NCBI RefSeq assembly: GCF_009914755.1
Contig: NC_060928.1
Origin: the human T2T-CHM13v2.0 reference genome, Homo sapiens
Strand: one strand, 5' to 3'
Length of the DNA stretch: 64,000 nt
The notes beneath the pieces are model-generated. The model made no database searches, had not been told where the DNA came from, and saw only the letters and a list, made by a program, of their open reading frames with translations. The position numbers and the translations under genes were made by a program. How positions within the stretch are numbered: position 1 is the first letter of the stretch; each line of letters starts with the position of its first letter. Below, piece by piece: positions 41,479-57,455 of this stretch.

Positions 41479-43300
41479 ATGAACAACTTTATGCTTACAA
41501 ACTTGACAGATGATTAGAAAAAATGGACCGATACCTCAGAAAACACAAACTACCAAAATTCAGTCACAATGAAATTGATAATCAAAATAGTCCTATAACT
41601 ATTAAAGAATTAATATTGCTATTTAAAAGTTCTTGAAAAAAAAATCTCCTGGACCAGATGATTTCACCGGAGACTGTTACACCAAATAGTTAAAGGATTA
41701 ACACCAATTTTACACAGTTCCTTCCAGAAATTAGAAAAGGGAATAATTCCCAACTCATTTAATAAGGCAAATATTACCTTGATAACAAAACCATACAAAC
41801 ACAGCATTAAAAAAACTATAAACCAATCTCTCCTTACTTAAATACAAAAATCCTCAAAATTTTACCAAGTCACATCCAACAATGTATAAAAAATAGCAAT
41901 AGTGCACAATAATTGACATTTATAGATAACTACACCCAACAACAGAAAACATTTTTTTTAAATGCCCATTCATAAAGACATGCAATATCTTGGGTCATAA
42001 AACAAATCTTCATAAATGTAGAACTGAAATTGCACAGTGCATACTATGTCATAAAGGAATCAAGATCAGAAATTAATAAGGAAAAGATAATATGAAATTA
42101 CCAAACACTGGAAAATTAACACACTTCTAAATAACCAATAGGCTAAACTCTGAAAAGATATTTAAAAATACATCAAAATAAGTGAAATGAACACAAAACA
42201 TGAGATACAAAACCTGTGGAATACAGCTACAACAGTGCTGAGGGGGAAATTTATGCCAAATGAATACATTTGAAAAGGGAAAAAGAGCTCAAATCAGTAA
42301 TACACCATGACCACATGGAAATTTTACGCAAGGCTGGTTAAACATTCAAAAATCAATATGTATAAGCCACCATATCAACAGATCAGAGAAGAAAAATCAT
42401 ATGATCATATGGATTTATGCAAAAAATGCATGACAAAATCCACATTACCTATGATTAAAAATTCTCAGCATACTGGCAGGAGAAAATTTCCCAACCCTAT
42501 AAAAAACATCTATTAAAAACTTATAGCTAACATCTTAATGTGAAAGATCAAATGTTTTCTAAGAGCAGGAACAAGGCTAGAATTTTCACCCCATCCTTTT
42601 TTTTTTTTTTTTTTTTTTTTTGAGACAGGGTCTGACTCTGTACCCAGGCTGGAGTGGGGTGGCACTAGCACAGTTCATTGCAGCCTCAACCTTTTGGGCT
42701 CAAGTGACTCTCCCACCTCAGTCTCCCAAGTAGGCAGGACTATAGGCACATGCCACTGCACAAGCTAAATTTTTGTGTTTTTTGTAGAGACAAGTTCTCA
42801 CTACGTTGCCTAGGCTGGTCTCAAACATCTGGCCTCAAGAGATTCTCCAATCTCAGACTCCCAAAGTGCTGGAACTATAGGCCTACGCCACAGTGCTTGG
42901 ACCCATCACTGTTATTTAACATAATACTGAAGTACTAGCTAATAATAGTAAGAAAAGGAAATTAAAGACATAAACTAAATTTACCCCAAACTACCCACAA
43001 TTATTATTTTAAGTGGCACAGTACTAATTTCAGTTAAAATCATAGAACAGACATGGATACCTAATATCATCATTATTAAACAACACTGACTCAGAGATTC
43101 TAGCAAAGGCAAGAAGACTGAAATAATCAGATTAAACATAACAAATAAAACCTCTCTTTAGCTGATGACATGGTTATATAGCTTAAAGAAAACTAAAAGA
43201 TTCAAATTTTTAAAGGTCTAGAATTAATTTTTTTAAAAACCTTGGTAAGTGCTGAATTAAAATTTTGATATAAAAATTAGCCTTATAATTTAAAAAAATG
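41479..43300 (+). mobile_element. Older, rearranged L1M ORF2 fragments (host of the L1PA; continues from about 39110-39340)
   Basis: tgaacaactttatgc...aaatctcctggaccagatgatttcac...ttcccaactcattt; gctgatgacatg. Confidence 0.7.
42596..42900 (-). mobile_element. AluJ
   Basis: T-tract then gagacagggtct...cccaaagtgctgg. Confidence 0.9.
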
Positions 43301-43409
43301 TTCAGAATAGTACAAAAATTATAGTACAGTTAGGATTAACCTTAACAAGAAAGTCAAAGACCCAATACTAGGAGGGAGGGGAGAATGGGGAGCCAGGAGA
43401 CAGGCTTTA

Positions 43410-44782
<1,373 letters not shown>

Positions 44783-45916
44783 TAACATAAAAAATGTGAA
44801 TTCTCACGAAATTACTACATAAATTAAATGCAATTCTAGTTAGAATTCCAAAAGTTTATTTGGAATTGGATAAAACTAAAAGCTCATAGAAAGAAAAAAG
44901 GCTGCAGAATGGCAGTGGAATAGTGAAGGTATTTATATCAGGACATACTATGAAGCTACTATTAGTAACAAGAGTATTGTGTTGACAGAGGAAAAAACAA
45001 ATATATCAAAATTCAAAAGTATGTTGAATGTTATGTGAGATTTAATATATAATAAAAGTAGTACATTCAGAAGAGAACAGATTTTTTTTTAATTTAATAA
45101 ACAGATCTGACACAACTGACCAACTGGAAGAAAACAAACTTAGAAGATTATGTCATGTTACATACCGAAACACATTCCCGATGGTTAAAGACTTAATTTT
45201 ATTTTTTAAAAAAAGGTTTTCAGATGAAAAATCTAAGTTGGGATAAGACAGAACTTTTAACTAAAACAAACTTAAAGCTATAAAAGTCACACATTTAACA
45301 ATTAAAATCCAACAGCCAATAAACATAAAGGTGCTCAAACTCTGGCAATCATGGAAATGGACACTAAAGTAAAAAGGAGATTGCTTAATATCAATGAATG
45401 GGCAAGAACGTAGAATAGTAAATAGACTATCAGGTAAAAGGTACTCTTACACTATTGGTGTAAAAGGAAATTATAATAGCCTTTTCTGAAAGCAGGTACA
45501 GGCACAGACACATACAAACACACATGCTTTTTTTTTTTTCATTTATGGGCACCAATTAAGGTACAGAACTATTTAAAGGCTACCTCAGCAGAATGATAGG
45601 AGTAATGACTAAATTCTTATTTTAAACCTTTATTAACTCAATGGAGTAACACTCTTTTAATCTGAAAAATAAAAAGAAAGAAAACTTTAAAAAGTAGTAG
45701 CATGTATCACTGACTAAAGGAAATGGAGAAGAAGAGAGAAAAAGAGCACTGACCATGGAGTTGTAAGGAATTCAAAAACAAATTCATCCATTTCACAATT
45801 CACAATTCTGTCTAGGCTGACCCTGACCTTCATACTCAAAGCAACACATGCACCATTAGCGTTTCTCATTTTTTAAATATATCCAAGCAAATAATGCCCA
45901 TGGAGATGCCACCAAC

Positions 45917-46016
45917 CTGATCTGTTTGTGGCTTCACTTGGTTCTACAACAAACTGTAGAGAGGCTTCTTTCTTCTTTGAAGAAACTGGAACTGACTTTG
46001 GATGTGATTTCTGGCA
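45917..46016 (-). CDS. CENPC: CENP-C exon 5 (CQKSHPKSVPVSSKKKEASLQFVVEPSEATNRS)
   Basis: gtgctcag|TGC CAG...AGA TCA G|gttggt; 100 nt, phase 0-1. Confidence 0.96.
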
Positions 46017-46473
46017 CTGAGCACAGAAGAAATACAACATTAGAACTATTTTATTAACTTACCAATTCAATGAAATATATTTGTTTTTTAAATGGGGGGA
46101 AAAACAAGTATTCTAAAACAACAAACCAGCTGTTAAGAGTTTTATACTACTTTTTATTTTATTTCTAAAGTAATAGCTACTTTGGAAAACAATCTGGCAT
46201 TATTCAGTAAAGCTGAAATTTCATACAACCTATCACAGAAACAATATTACTCTAAACAGCAACTATGTGGACAGAAGACTGAATAAACTTATTAAATAAA
46301 TAAATTATAGTATAGATATACCATATTACATACGTAACAATGGAACAAATAAACTACAATAATATAAATTATTATTTTAACCAGAAAAAAAAGCAACCTG
46401 CAGAAGTACATAACAATCTTATCTATGTAAAGTTCAAAATAGACACGTAAAACACTGTAGTATTGAGATTCAC

Positions 46474-48117
46474 TCTGCAGGAAAGAGTTAACATAGGAGG
46501 CCTGATATATTTAAAGGACCAGCTTACAGGGCTACCCCTTGGTTGGCATCTGGAGACTTAACTTTTAGAATGTTCCCTCCATTACCAACAGAGAAGGTTG
46601 CACCTGCTGCGCCAGCCTGCCTAGACTGTTTGTATAAATAAACACTGTGATCTGTGGTGAACATCTGCTTTCTTTCCTTCTGGGAGTGCGTAAAATTTTG
46701 GTAGGCAGGGGATGCCTATGGGACCAACCCCCAGTGAAAACAGGCTGAGTTTCAAAAGGCTTCTCTGAGGAGAAAAAATGTACACACGTTACTGCATTTC
46801 ACTGCTGAAGGGAATGAGTACATTCTATATGGCCCCTTGGGGAACACAGGAAGCCTATATATGGATTCCTCCAGACTCTGCTAATGCGCATTTTTCCCTT
46901 ACTGACCCAGCTGTGTATCCTGGCTGAATGACTATAATAAGTATCAGTCATGAAAAACACCAAAAGCAATGGCAACAAAAGTGAAAATTGACAAATGGGA
47001 TCTAATTAAACTAAAGAGCTTTTGCACAGCAAAAGAAACTACCATCAGAGTGAACAGGCAACCTACAGAATGGAAGAAAATTTTTACAATCTACCCATCT
47101 GACAAAGGGCTAATATCCAGAATCTACAAAGAACTTAAATAAATTTACAAGAAAAAAATCAAACAGCCCCATCAAAAAGTGGGCAAAGGATATGAACAGA
47201 CACTTCTCAAAAGAAGACATCTATGCAGCCAACGGACACATGAAAAAATGCTCATCAGCACTGGCCATCAGAGAAATGCAAATCAAAACCATAATGAGAC
47301 ACTATTTCACAATAGTTAGAATGGCAATCATTAAAAAGTCAGGAAACAACAGGTGCTGGAGAGGATGTGGAGAAACAGGAACACTTTTACACTGTTGGTG
47401 GGACTGTAAACTATTTCAACCATTGTGGAAGACAGTGTGGCAATTCCTCAGGGATCTAGAACTAGAAATACCATTTGACCCAGCCATCCCATTACTGGGC
47501 ATACATCCAAGGGATTACAAATCATGCTGCTATAAAGACACATGCACACGTATGTTTATTGCAGCACTATTCACAATAGCAAAGACTTCGAACCAACCCA
47601 AATGTCCATCAATGATAGAGTGGATTAAGAAAATGTGGCACATATACACCATGGAATACTATGCAGCCATAAAAAAGGATGAGTTCATGTCCTTTATAGG
47701 GACATGGATGAAGCTGGAAACCATCATTCTGAGCAAACTATTGCGAGGACAGAAAACCAAACATCGCATGTTCTCACTCATAGATGGGAATTGAACAATG
47801 AGAACACATGGTCACAGGGTGGGGAACATCACACACCAGGGCCTGCTGGGGGGTAGGGGGAGGGGGGAAGGATAGCATTAGGAGATACACCTAATGTAAA
47901 TGACGAGTTAACGGGTGCAGCACACCAACATGGCACATGTATACATACGTAACAAACCTGCACGTTGTGCACATGTACCCTAAAATTTAAAGTAAAATAA
48001 TAATTTTTAAAAAAGCAAATAAAAATAAGTATCAGTCATGAGTTCAACTATATGTCAAATCTCCCGAGTCCTTTTAGTGAAGCACCAAATGTGGATGGTA
48101 GTGGGACCTCTGTCACA
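46474..48117 (+). mobile_element. ERVL LTR (MER68/MER77-like) split by an L1PA insertion
   Basis: gcaggaaagagttaacatag... start resembles the 26591 LTR; resumes at 48042 (gttcaactatatg...) and ends tgtcaca. Confidence 0.7.
46954..48023 (+). mobile_element. 5'-truncated primate L1PA (about 1.07 kb), ORF2 C-terminus still open for 200 codons
   Basis: ORF 47192..47794 MNRHFSKEDI...[17 protein letters not shown]; perfect 18-bp TSD aataagtatcagtcatga (46936-46953, 48024-48041). Confidence 0.95.
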
Positions 48118-48177
48118 AGTGGTAGCAGAAGTGTGGACACAGTATCGGCACAGTAGAGAAATAAATAAATGACAGAC

Positions 48178-48531
48178 TTACATGGTTTGCCTGTGTCCCC
48201 AACCAAATCTCAATTTGAATTGTATCTCCCAGAATTTCCCTGTGTTGTGGAAGGCGCCCAGGGGGAGACAATTGAATCATCAGGGTCAGTCTTTCCCATG
48301 CTATTCTCGTGATAGTGAATAAGTCTCACAAGATCTCATGGGTTTATCAGGGGTTACCACTTTTGCTTCTTCCTCATTTTTCTCTTGCCACCACCATGGA
48401 AGAAGTGCCTTTCGCCCTATGCCATGATTATGAGGCCTCCAAGCCATGTGGAACTGTAAGTCAAATTAAACCTCCTTTTCTTCCCAGTCTTAGGAATGTT
48501 TTTATCAGCAGTGTGAAAATGGACTAATACA
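48178..48531. mobile_element. THE1-type MaLR solo LTR
   Basis: atggtttgcctgtgtcccc..ccaaatctca...catgctattctcgtgatagtgaataagtctca...aaatggactaataca. Confidence 0.88.
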
Positions 48532-48857
48532 CTACACTGCTGTTGAGTGACCACAGTATGGAATTCAATGCCATAAAAAGACAGAGGCAGGCTTTCATTT
48601 TATCTCTGCTCTCTCTTAACATCTCATTAAAGATTTTTAAAAACAAACTCAGAAGGATGAAGAGAGAGACAAAGGAGTAGATGAGACATGTCAGCAAACA
48701 TTTTTAGGTTGAAAAGCAAACTACTGGTAATTCAGCAACCCAGAGAGAATGGAAACATGCTAGCAATGGAGAAAACCCAGAAGCAGACAGATTACTGTTT
48801 ATGGAGAAACCTATAAAGATTAGTAGAATTGCAAGACACCACTAAAAAAAGGGGGCA

Positions 48858-49140
48858 GGCCAGATGCAGTGGCTCACACCTGTAATCCCAGCACTTTGGG
48901 AGGCCAAGGCAGGAGTATCACTTGAGGTCAAGAATTCAAGATCAGCCTGGGAAACTTAGCAAGACCACATCTCTGTGTAAAAATAAAAAATTAGCCAAGA
49001 GTGGTGGTGCATGCTTGTGTTCCTACCTACTCAGGAGGCTGAGGCAGGAGGATCACTTGAGCCCAGAGGTTTGAGGTTGCAGTGGGCTATGAGCATGCCA
49101 CTGCACTCCAGCAACAGAGCAAGACCCTGCCTCAAAAAAA
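48858..49140 (+). mobile_element. AluJ
   Basis: ggaggatcacttgagcccag diagnostic. Confidence 0.92.
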
Positions 49141-49231
49141 AGAAGAGGCATGCAAACAGAGGGTGCTAAAAGCGTGTATAGTTGAATGTGTCTTTTGTCG
49201 CAGAAAAAAAATTGTGTATAGCAAGTAGTTA

Positions 49232-49670
<439 letters not shown>

Positions 49671-52007
49671 TTAAACTGCACTTTCCCCTTTGCCACATCT
49701 GACTGAAATTGAAAACAATCGCAGTTAGACTTGAACCGCCAAGCGGGAAAGATTTCTTTGTCAGAAATACTTACTAGGCCAAGAGAAAAGAAATCTACAG
49801 ATATTAACACCAGGATACCAATGATGAAATGGACCAAACTACACCACAGTGACATCCACCAGTCTACAAATTTTACTAGGCATATAGAGCTTCCAATGTG
49901 TTTTAGTTTCCCACTTTCAAACAAGAGGAGACAGCTAAGGATCACTGGACATATGAAAAAGGCGAGGTAATGAGCAAAGTAAGTAAAAAAGGTACTTGCA
50001 GAAAACAGAAACTGAAGAAATACTTATGAAAAGGGTTAGATGAACCTAATGTCAAGGAATATAATAAAAATTTAGATCACTAAAGACAGATGACATGATC
50101 CTAAAAGCCTGCAAAGAGGAAAAAAATAGTCACAAAGGATCATGGAATCACAACAGTATTCTCAACAGGAGAAGCTAAAATAAAAGAAAGCAACATTTGT
50201 AAGTCTAAGGGAAAATACACCTGACTAAAAGGGAGGCTTGATATGAAAAAATATATATTATTTTTTAATTAAAGGAAAATAATTTCTAATCTAGAATTCT
50301 GTACTCACCCAAATTACCCATCATGAAGGTAAAACCATGGTATTTTTAAACAATTAAGGTCTCAAATTCTCAGAAAGCTACTAAAGGATGAGTCCCACCA
50401 AAAAAGGAGAGGCCAAGAAAAAAGGAAGATTTCAGATCCAAGAAATAAGAGTTGCAATTCAGGAGAAAAGCAAAGGGACTCTCTGTGATACAGAGAGAGT
50501 ACATGACAAAACCTATGTGATAGGTCTAAGGGTAGATTGAAGAAAAAAAAAAGAGCAGGGACAGCAAAGCTGAAAATGATAATTTAATGTGTCTATGCAT
50601 ACTAAGACATTTATACTTAGACGTTTGTCATAGAAAACTGGTGATGAATTAGTCACAGGTGCACAGAAAGTCAAAAATGGAAAAACCAAAATTAAATCAA
50701 GAGAAAATTAAGAACTGTACATAAAGAAAATTTAACCATTAGTACTCTACATAGCTGTGACTACTGAAACAGTCATAATAATACCATAAACACTAACTAC
50801 TAATCCTACTAAAAATTATGATGTACTAAAGAATGGAAGTTTATGTGTTGTGGTCGGAAGTAGAAACTATATGACAAATAAAGTCTAAACTTCCATAGTA
50901 GAAAGCCAATAAATAATAGCAAAGACTGGAAAAAAAATTCAAGAAACAGCAATATAAACATTATTTAGAAATATGGAGTCAAAATACCTAGAGTAATAGC
51001 TAAGACTAAAAAGTTGGACTTGGAGGAGGAAAAGTGGGGTCTACTATTTTTTTGTGGAATTTATGGAACTACTTTAACTTCCATGTACATAATGCCTTTG
51101 AGCTTTAAAAATCAATCTTCCAACAAATTAAGAAGAAAAGTATGTAAAAAGATAGGGAAGAGAATAAAATAGTGAACCAGAATAGACTGCTGATTCTTTG
51201 AAAATGTTAATGACAGAAAAATACCTGTAACAACACAGATAATTTAAAAAGGTGAAAACCAGCAATAAAAAGAGAGTAATAACTATGAGGAAGATCATGA
51301 AGTTGACTATACACAAATTGAGAACAGAGGAAATGTTTCAAGAAAATTATAAAATGTCAAAACTGGCAAAAGAAATATAAAAAATGCAATAGATCATTGA
51401 ATAAAGTGGTAATCACACACATCCCCACCAAAACAGCTCCAACCATATGTTTTACAAATGATCCAAATTTGAAGAAACAGATCATTTTTGCTTAATCAAG
51501 TTATCCCAGAAAACAGAAGAGAAAAACTAATTTATTTCATGAAGCTCGGTTGTGTTTCAGTTAAAACCTACGGAGTCATATCTTATTTTACTTAAAGACA
51601 AACAAATATGAAGTAATAACTAGACCTAGGAATCTCAAGTTCGCAAACAGAAAAGCCTATAAGATAGATAAGTCTTAAGTCTGATTTTATTTTCAAATCA
51701 AGTAAACAAATTTCATTCCTTATGTGGAAGGCCTAGGCCAAGCTTGCTGCATGGAAAGGCCCTACCTGAAAAAAAAACCCTAACACCTACAAAGTCTCTG
51801 TTGTTTTGAAGCATCCATCTCAAGGATTAGAAAAAATTAATAATATAAAAATAAAAATAAAGAATATATGAAAAATAAAATTAAGAAAAAAATAATGAAA
51901 CTAAAAACAAGCAAATGAGAGGACCGACAAAGCCAAACTTGGTTTTCTGAAAGACCAAAATTGATAAACCCTGACAAAATTAATCGATGAAAAAGACAAG
52001 GCATAGC

Positions 52008-52147
52008 AGGCACAGTGGCATGTGACTTACGAGCAGTAATCCCAGCTATTCCTTAGCTTAGGGAGGATCACTTAAGCCCAGGAGTTCTAATCCAGCTTGG
52101 GCAACATACCAAGATCCCTACCTCTAATTAAAAAAAAAAAAAAAAAA
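52008..52147 (+). mobile_element. FLAM-like monomer
   Basis: caggcacagtggcatgtg...ccagcttgggcaacata...A tail; aaaaga(c/t)aaggcata duplication. Confidence 0.8.
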
Positions 52148-52475
52148 GATAAGGCATAAATAACCAATGTCAGGAATAAAAAAGGGGATATAACTGTAGA
52201 TCCTACAGACATTAACAAGACTGGAAAAAGACATGACAAAACAACATTATCCAAATAAACTGGAAAATTTAAATAAAATGAACAAATCCCTAAAAAAAGA
52301 AAAGTAGAACATTTAAAAAAAATAGAAAATCTAAATTGTCTACTGCAACTGTTAAGTTAAATCTAAATCTTTAATGTTCTATATCATCATCTAGGTAGTA
52401 GTTGTAAAAATTCAATGAAATATACACGCAATTTGTGTATTTTAATGTATTATGTTTCATAAGAAAACAAAAGTG

Positions 52476-53110
<635 letters not shown>

Positions 53111-54941
53111 ATTAGTATTTTAAAATTCTCGCAAAGAGAAAACTCCTATGAATTCCATCAAATATTTGAGAAAGAAACAATAGTGGTTCATAAAAACACT
53201 TCAGGAGAAAAGAGACAGAGAAAATACTGAACAACTCATTTTACAAGACCAGTACAAACACAGAGTAGAACCTTTATTTTGAACATTTCTTATTTATTAT
53301 ACATTTAAAGTTATGAATTCCCTCTAACACTATTTTAGCTAAATCTCACAAGTTCTGATAAGTCATATTATTATCTTCATTCAGAATATTTTATATTCCC
53401 AACATGCTTTCTTCTTTGGCCTAAAGTCATTTAGAAGTCATTGCAGTGGACCTTGGCTTTAGAGCACAATGTCTTAAAAGGGACCAGATTTACCCTCCTG
53501 CCTGAATCAATTTTAAAAAAAGAAAAAACATACAAGATTCTCAAGAAATACGACATTGAAAAACCAAAGAGAATGATTCTTGAGATGGGAAACAAATGAG
53601 GTGAACCCTCTGATCACCCATTTCCAGATGTGACACACAGGGGAAATCCTCAGTTGAGGAGCCAAAGCTGAGGATTCAGGAAGACCAAAGTGGTTAGAAT
53701 TTGCAGGATAAAGTACTGGACAGGAGACGGTTACATAGAGAAAACTGCAGAATGTGCAGATCTCTCTCAAGCATTCAATCAAATATTGATCAGAGAATGC
53801 GTTGTAAGAAAACCAGAGAAAGAACCACCCGAAGCCTTGAGGGGGAATATCCTCCCAGTTACAAAGGACCTAGAATAATCTACCAGCCAGAGTGGAAAAC
53901 CTCCATAAGTAACGGGACACAGTAGAGAAGAATTTTGCCTCAGAAGGGAAGAAAATTAGCCACAGACTATATTTTGCTAGTCTTTATTGTTTCCACAGCT
54001 TCTCATATATCTAAAATTTGTTTCCATTTTTTAAAATAGCTGCTTTAGCAGGAGTGTTAGCCTTCTGTGACTTACTGCATTCTACCTAGAAGAGGAACCT
54101 CTAGCATAACCTTGATACCAAAGCCCTGTAAGAACATTTTTCAAAAAAAGACAATATTATTCATAAACATAGATGCAAACATCTTCAATATTAGGCAAAC
54201 CTAATCAAAAAAAGTTAATACTTTATGACCAAGTCAAGTTTATCCCAGAAAACCTAAAGTTGCTTTAACTTTCAAAAACCATTGTAATTTATCAAGTTTC
54301 AGAAGGCCTCTCAATTCTGAAAGAAATGGTTTTGTCTGCATTGCTTGGAACCAAAAGGCTACATATGTTTAATATGTTGATTGCCTTTTACAGTTTTCTA
54401 GTAAGTGTTACTTCTAGCACTATATGATTTTTCTAATTAGTATTGTGCTTTTGAATAATTTGCCTTAGATTAGCTTCAAATACTTTATTTGAAAGTCTGC
54501 TACTTAGTATAGTTAAGTCAACCAATACTTTATTTCTGATCAAACTAACAGCAATTAAAATATATAATCAACAGAAGATTGATTTCCCCGTATAACAATG
54601 AAGTGCCTTCATTTATTAGAATATAACCAACCCTGCCAACCTGATTAGCAACTTTGATCACTGCCCATTTTCCTAAAAACCTAATTTGAGTATTATTTTA
54701 GGAGAAGTGAAAAATGTTTATTATAATTTGATAATTCTAATTCCCATAATCCCAATTCCAACAGAAAATATCAAATAAAACTTTTCACAAAATACCTCCA
54801 AATTTTATAGAAAGTCAATGGGAATATAGAATTCCCTTTCAAGAATAAGACTTACAAACAACTAAAATATACATGAGTATATTGTGTATACCTTCATTCA
54901 TTAAAATATTAAACCTATACCAGCTCTTCTTTATCACTTAC

Positions 54942-55036
54942 CTCTTTGCTTGGTGACTGAATACAAGTGTCTTTTATTTTGCGTGTTGAATTAGGCACTG
55001 ATTTTGTAGAATTTGTACTAAAATCATTGGCAAGAC
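54942..55036 (-). CDS. CENPC: CENP-C exon 4 (LANDFSTNSTKSVPNSTRKIKDTCIQSPSKE)
   Basis: ttttag|GT CTT GCC...AAA GAG|gtaagt; 95 nt, phase 1-0. Confidence 0.97.
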
Positions 55037-55488
55037 CTAAAACAAAAGTATGAAATTTTCAAAAACAAGATATAGTGTAATATCTATTAGTCACAATTAA
55101 AAGTAGCTGTATATGACATGTGAAGAACCATCTGTTGACTCACTGACCACAATTAGCTTAAATCAAGTAGAGACCTCAATTTAATATTCAAATGTTCCTG
55201 AGAAGCATCAGGAAATGAGAAAAGCAAACAAAACACCTGAAGTATCAATATATGCCAGCTCTTCTTTCAGAGCTTGTATAGAAAACATTCTTTTCTATCA
55301 TCTGCCCCTATTTCTTTGGCTGGCTTATTCTCTTATTCCAATACCTGCTGATGCTAATCAGCACTTGGAAAAGTTTTTGCTGTAATTTATGACTTCCTTA
55401 AACAGATATGTAAATCACCAAAGATTATCTCAAATTCTCCAGCGATTCCAAGAATTCTACACATCTATTTTCATTATATATTTTTTCT

Positions 55489-55793
55489 GGCTAGATGCAG
55501 TGGCTTATGCCTGTAATCCCAACACTTTGGGAGGCTGAAGAGGGCAGATCACTGGAGGGCAGGAGTTCGAGACCAGACTAGCCAACATGGTGAAACCTGG
55601 TCTCTACTAAAAAATACAAAAATTAGCCAGGCGTGGTGGCACACACCTGTAATCCCAGCTACTTGGAAGGCTGAGGCACAAGAATCACTTGAACCTGGGA
55701 GGCAAAGGTTGCAGTGAGTTGAGATAGCACCACTGTACTACAGCTTGGGTGACACCGCAGGACTATGTCTCAATAAATAAATAAATAATAAAA
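55489..55793 (+). mobile_element. AluS
   Basis: Full dimer. Confidence 0.93.
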
Positions 55794-56077
55794 TACTTTT
55801 TCTTGTGTATGATAATTATGTATGGACTTCCAGATTACAGTAATTTAATGTGAACTAAACGGGATGACAAATTATTGTCAAATTATTATTTTTTGTCAGT
55901 ATTATCCTAAGTATACCAGAAGGTACACAAAGGATTGCATATGAACTCAAAATACCAGGGAAAATATTTTCCATATATTTAAACCCTAGAACATATTTGC
56001 TGCATTTGATATTACCATGACAAATTCATATTTTCATCCATCTAACCCTTAAATTCCATCTTGAAATGAAGCCTTAC

Positions 56078-56148
56078 TTTTTTCTTCAAAACAGTCTTGT
56101 AAGATTTCCAGAACATTCTGGCCTTGCTCTGTGTTAATGTCACGTGCC
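56078..56148 (-). CDS. CENPC: CENP-C exon 3 (ARDINTEQGQNVLEILQDCFEEK)
   Basis: tttattag|G GCA CGT...GAA AAA A|gtaagg; 71 nt, phase 2-1. Confidence 0.97.
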
Positions 56149-56569
56149 CTAATAAAGGAAAAATACAGCCTGTCATTTTCAGAAGATATTTCTTTATATT
56201 ACCATCTCTTTGAAAATTCCACATCTCATTATAAAATATAAATTTACTTAATATGTAAAATATCTTTACTATTTGAAGACAAAACAAGTACTTGAGGGTC
56301 TATACATTCCCTCAAGTGAACTCTTTCCTTCCTAATAAGAATTAGTATATCATAATCTACCTTAACAATTAATATTTCTTAGTTGAACAGCCATGTCTAA
56401 AGCTGTTTTAGATTACTGCTGTATCTCAAAAACACAAATTTTTTTGAATGAATCCAATCAGTCCTGAAATGCTTCTTTAACAGACTTTACAGTCACATCT
56501 CCAAGTAACATATTCCTCCCTATAAATTCTCAAATGCATTTCTAATTCAGTATCATTGATTAATCTTAA

Positions 56570-57225
56570 CAGTTTATGAATCAGTATAAATTTTAATTAA
56601 AAATTATATTGAGCTTGTAGATTCACAGCCAGCTATACAACATAATACAGACCCCTTGTTCACTTTACCTAGTTCTCCTCAGTGCTAATATTTTGCAAAA
56701 CTATAGCATATTATCACAATCAGGATACTGATATTGATACAATCTACCAATGCTATTGTGATTTCTCCAGTTCTACATGTACTCATTTCTGAACATACTC
56801 ATGTTTGTGTGTATATATACAAAATGTATCACATCTGTAGGTGCAGATAAAACAACCAGAGTCAAGATACTGAATAGTTCCATCATCACAAAGATCCTCT
56901 ATTGTCCTTTTGTAATCATAACCACCTTTCTCTCATCTCCTTCCTGCCTCCTCTCATTCCTAACCTCTGGCAACCACTAATCTGTCCTCCATTTCTAAAA
57001 CTCTGTCATGTGGAAACAATTATATGTAAATAGAATCATACAACATGTATCCTCTTGCCTTGGCTTTTTTCACTCAACACAATTCTATGGAAATAAATCC
57101 AAGTTGAATGTACCAATATTTCATTGCTTTTTAGAGTCAAGTAATGTTCCATGCTATGTGTGTACCACAGTGTTTAACCATTTACCTGTTGAAGAACATC
57201 TGGATTTCAATCAGTATAAAATTGA
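56570..57225 (-). mobile_element. Old L1MC-like 3' region
   Basis: tcacaatcaggatactgatattgatacaatc; ctctggcaaccactaatctgtcctccatttcta. Confidence 0.75.
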
Positions 57226-57238
57226 CATGCATCTCTAA

Positions 57239-57455
57239 CAGAGTGGACAAACTTTTGCTTAAAGGGCCAGATGGTAAATATTTTAGGCTTGTAAACCATA
57301 GTCTCTGTCACAACCAGTCGACTCTCCCATTCTAGCCCAAAAGCAACCACAGACAGTATGTAAACAAAGAGGCATGGCTGTGTTCCAATAAAATTGAAAT
57401 AAAACCTGTGACAAAACATTTGGCTGGCCTATCAGCCAGAGTTTACTGATCCCTG
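57239..57455. mobile_element. MER58A-like hAT MITE
   Basis: cagagtggacaaact...aagggccagatggtaaatattttaggctt...agtttactgatccctg; imperfect 8-bp TSD atctctaa/atctacaa. Confidence 0.82.

Noticed and set aside
47192-47794. 200-aa ORF as a separate gene
   Set aside because: It is the L1 ORF2 C-terminus within a 5'-truncated, TSD-flanked L1PA with no promoter.
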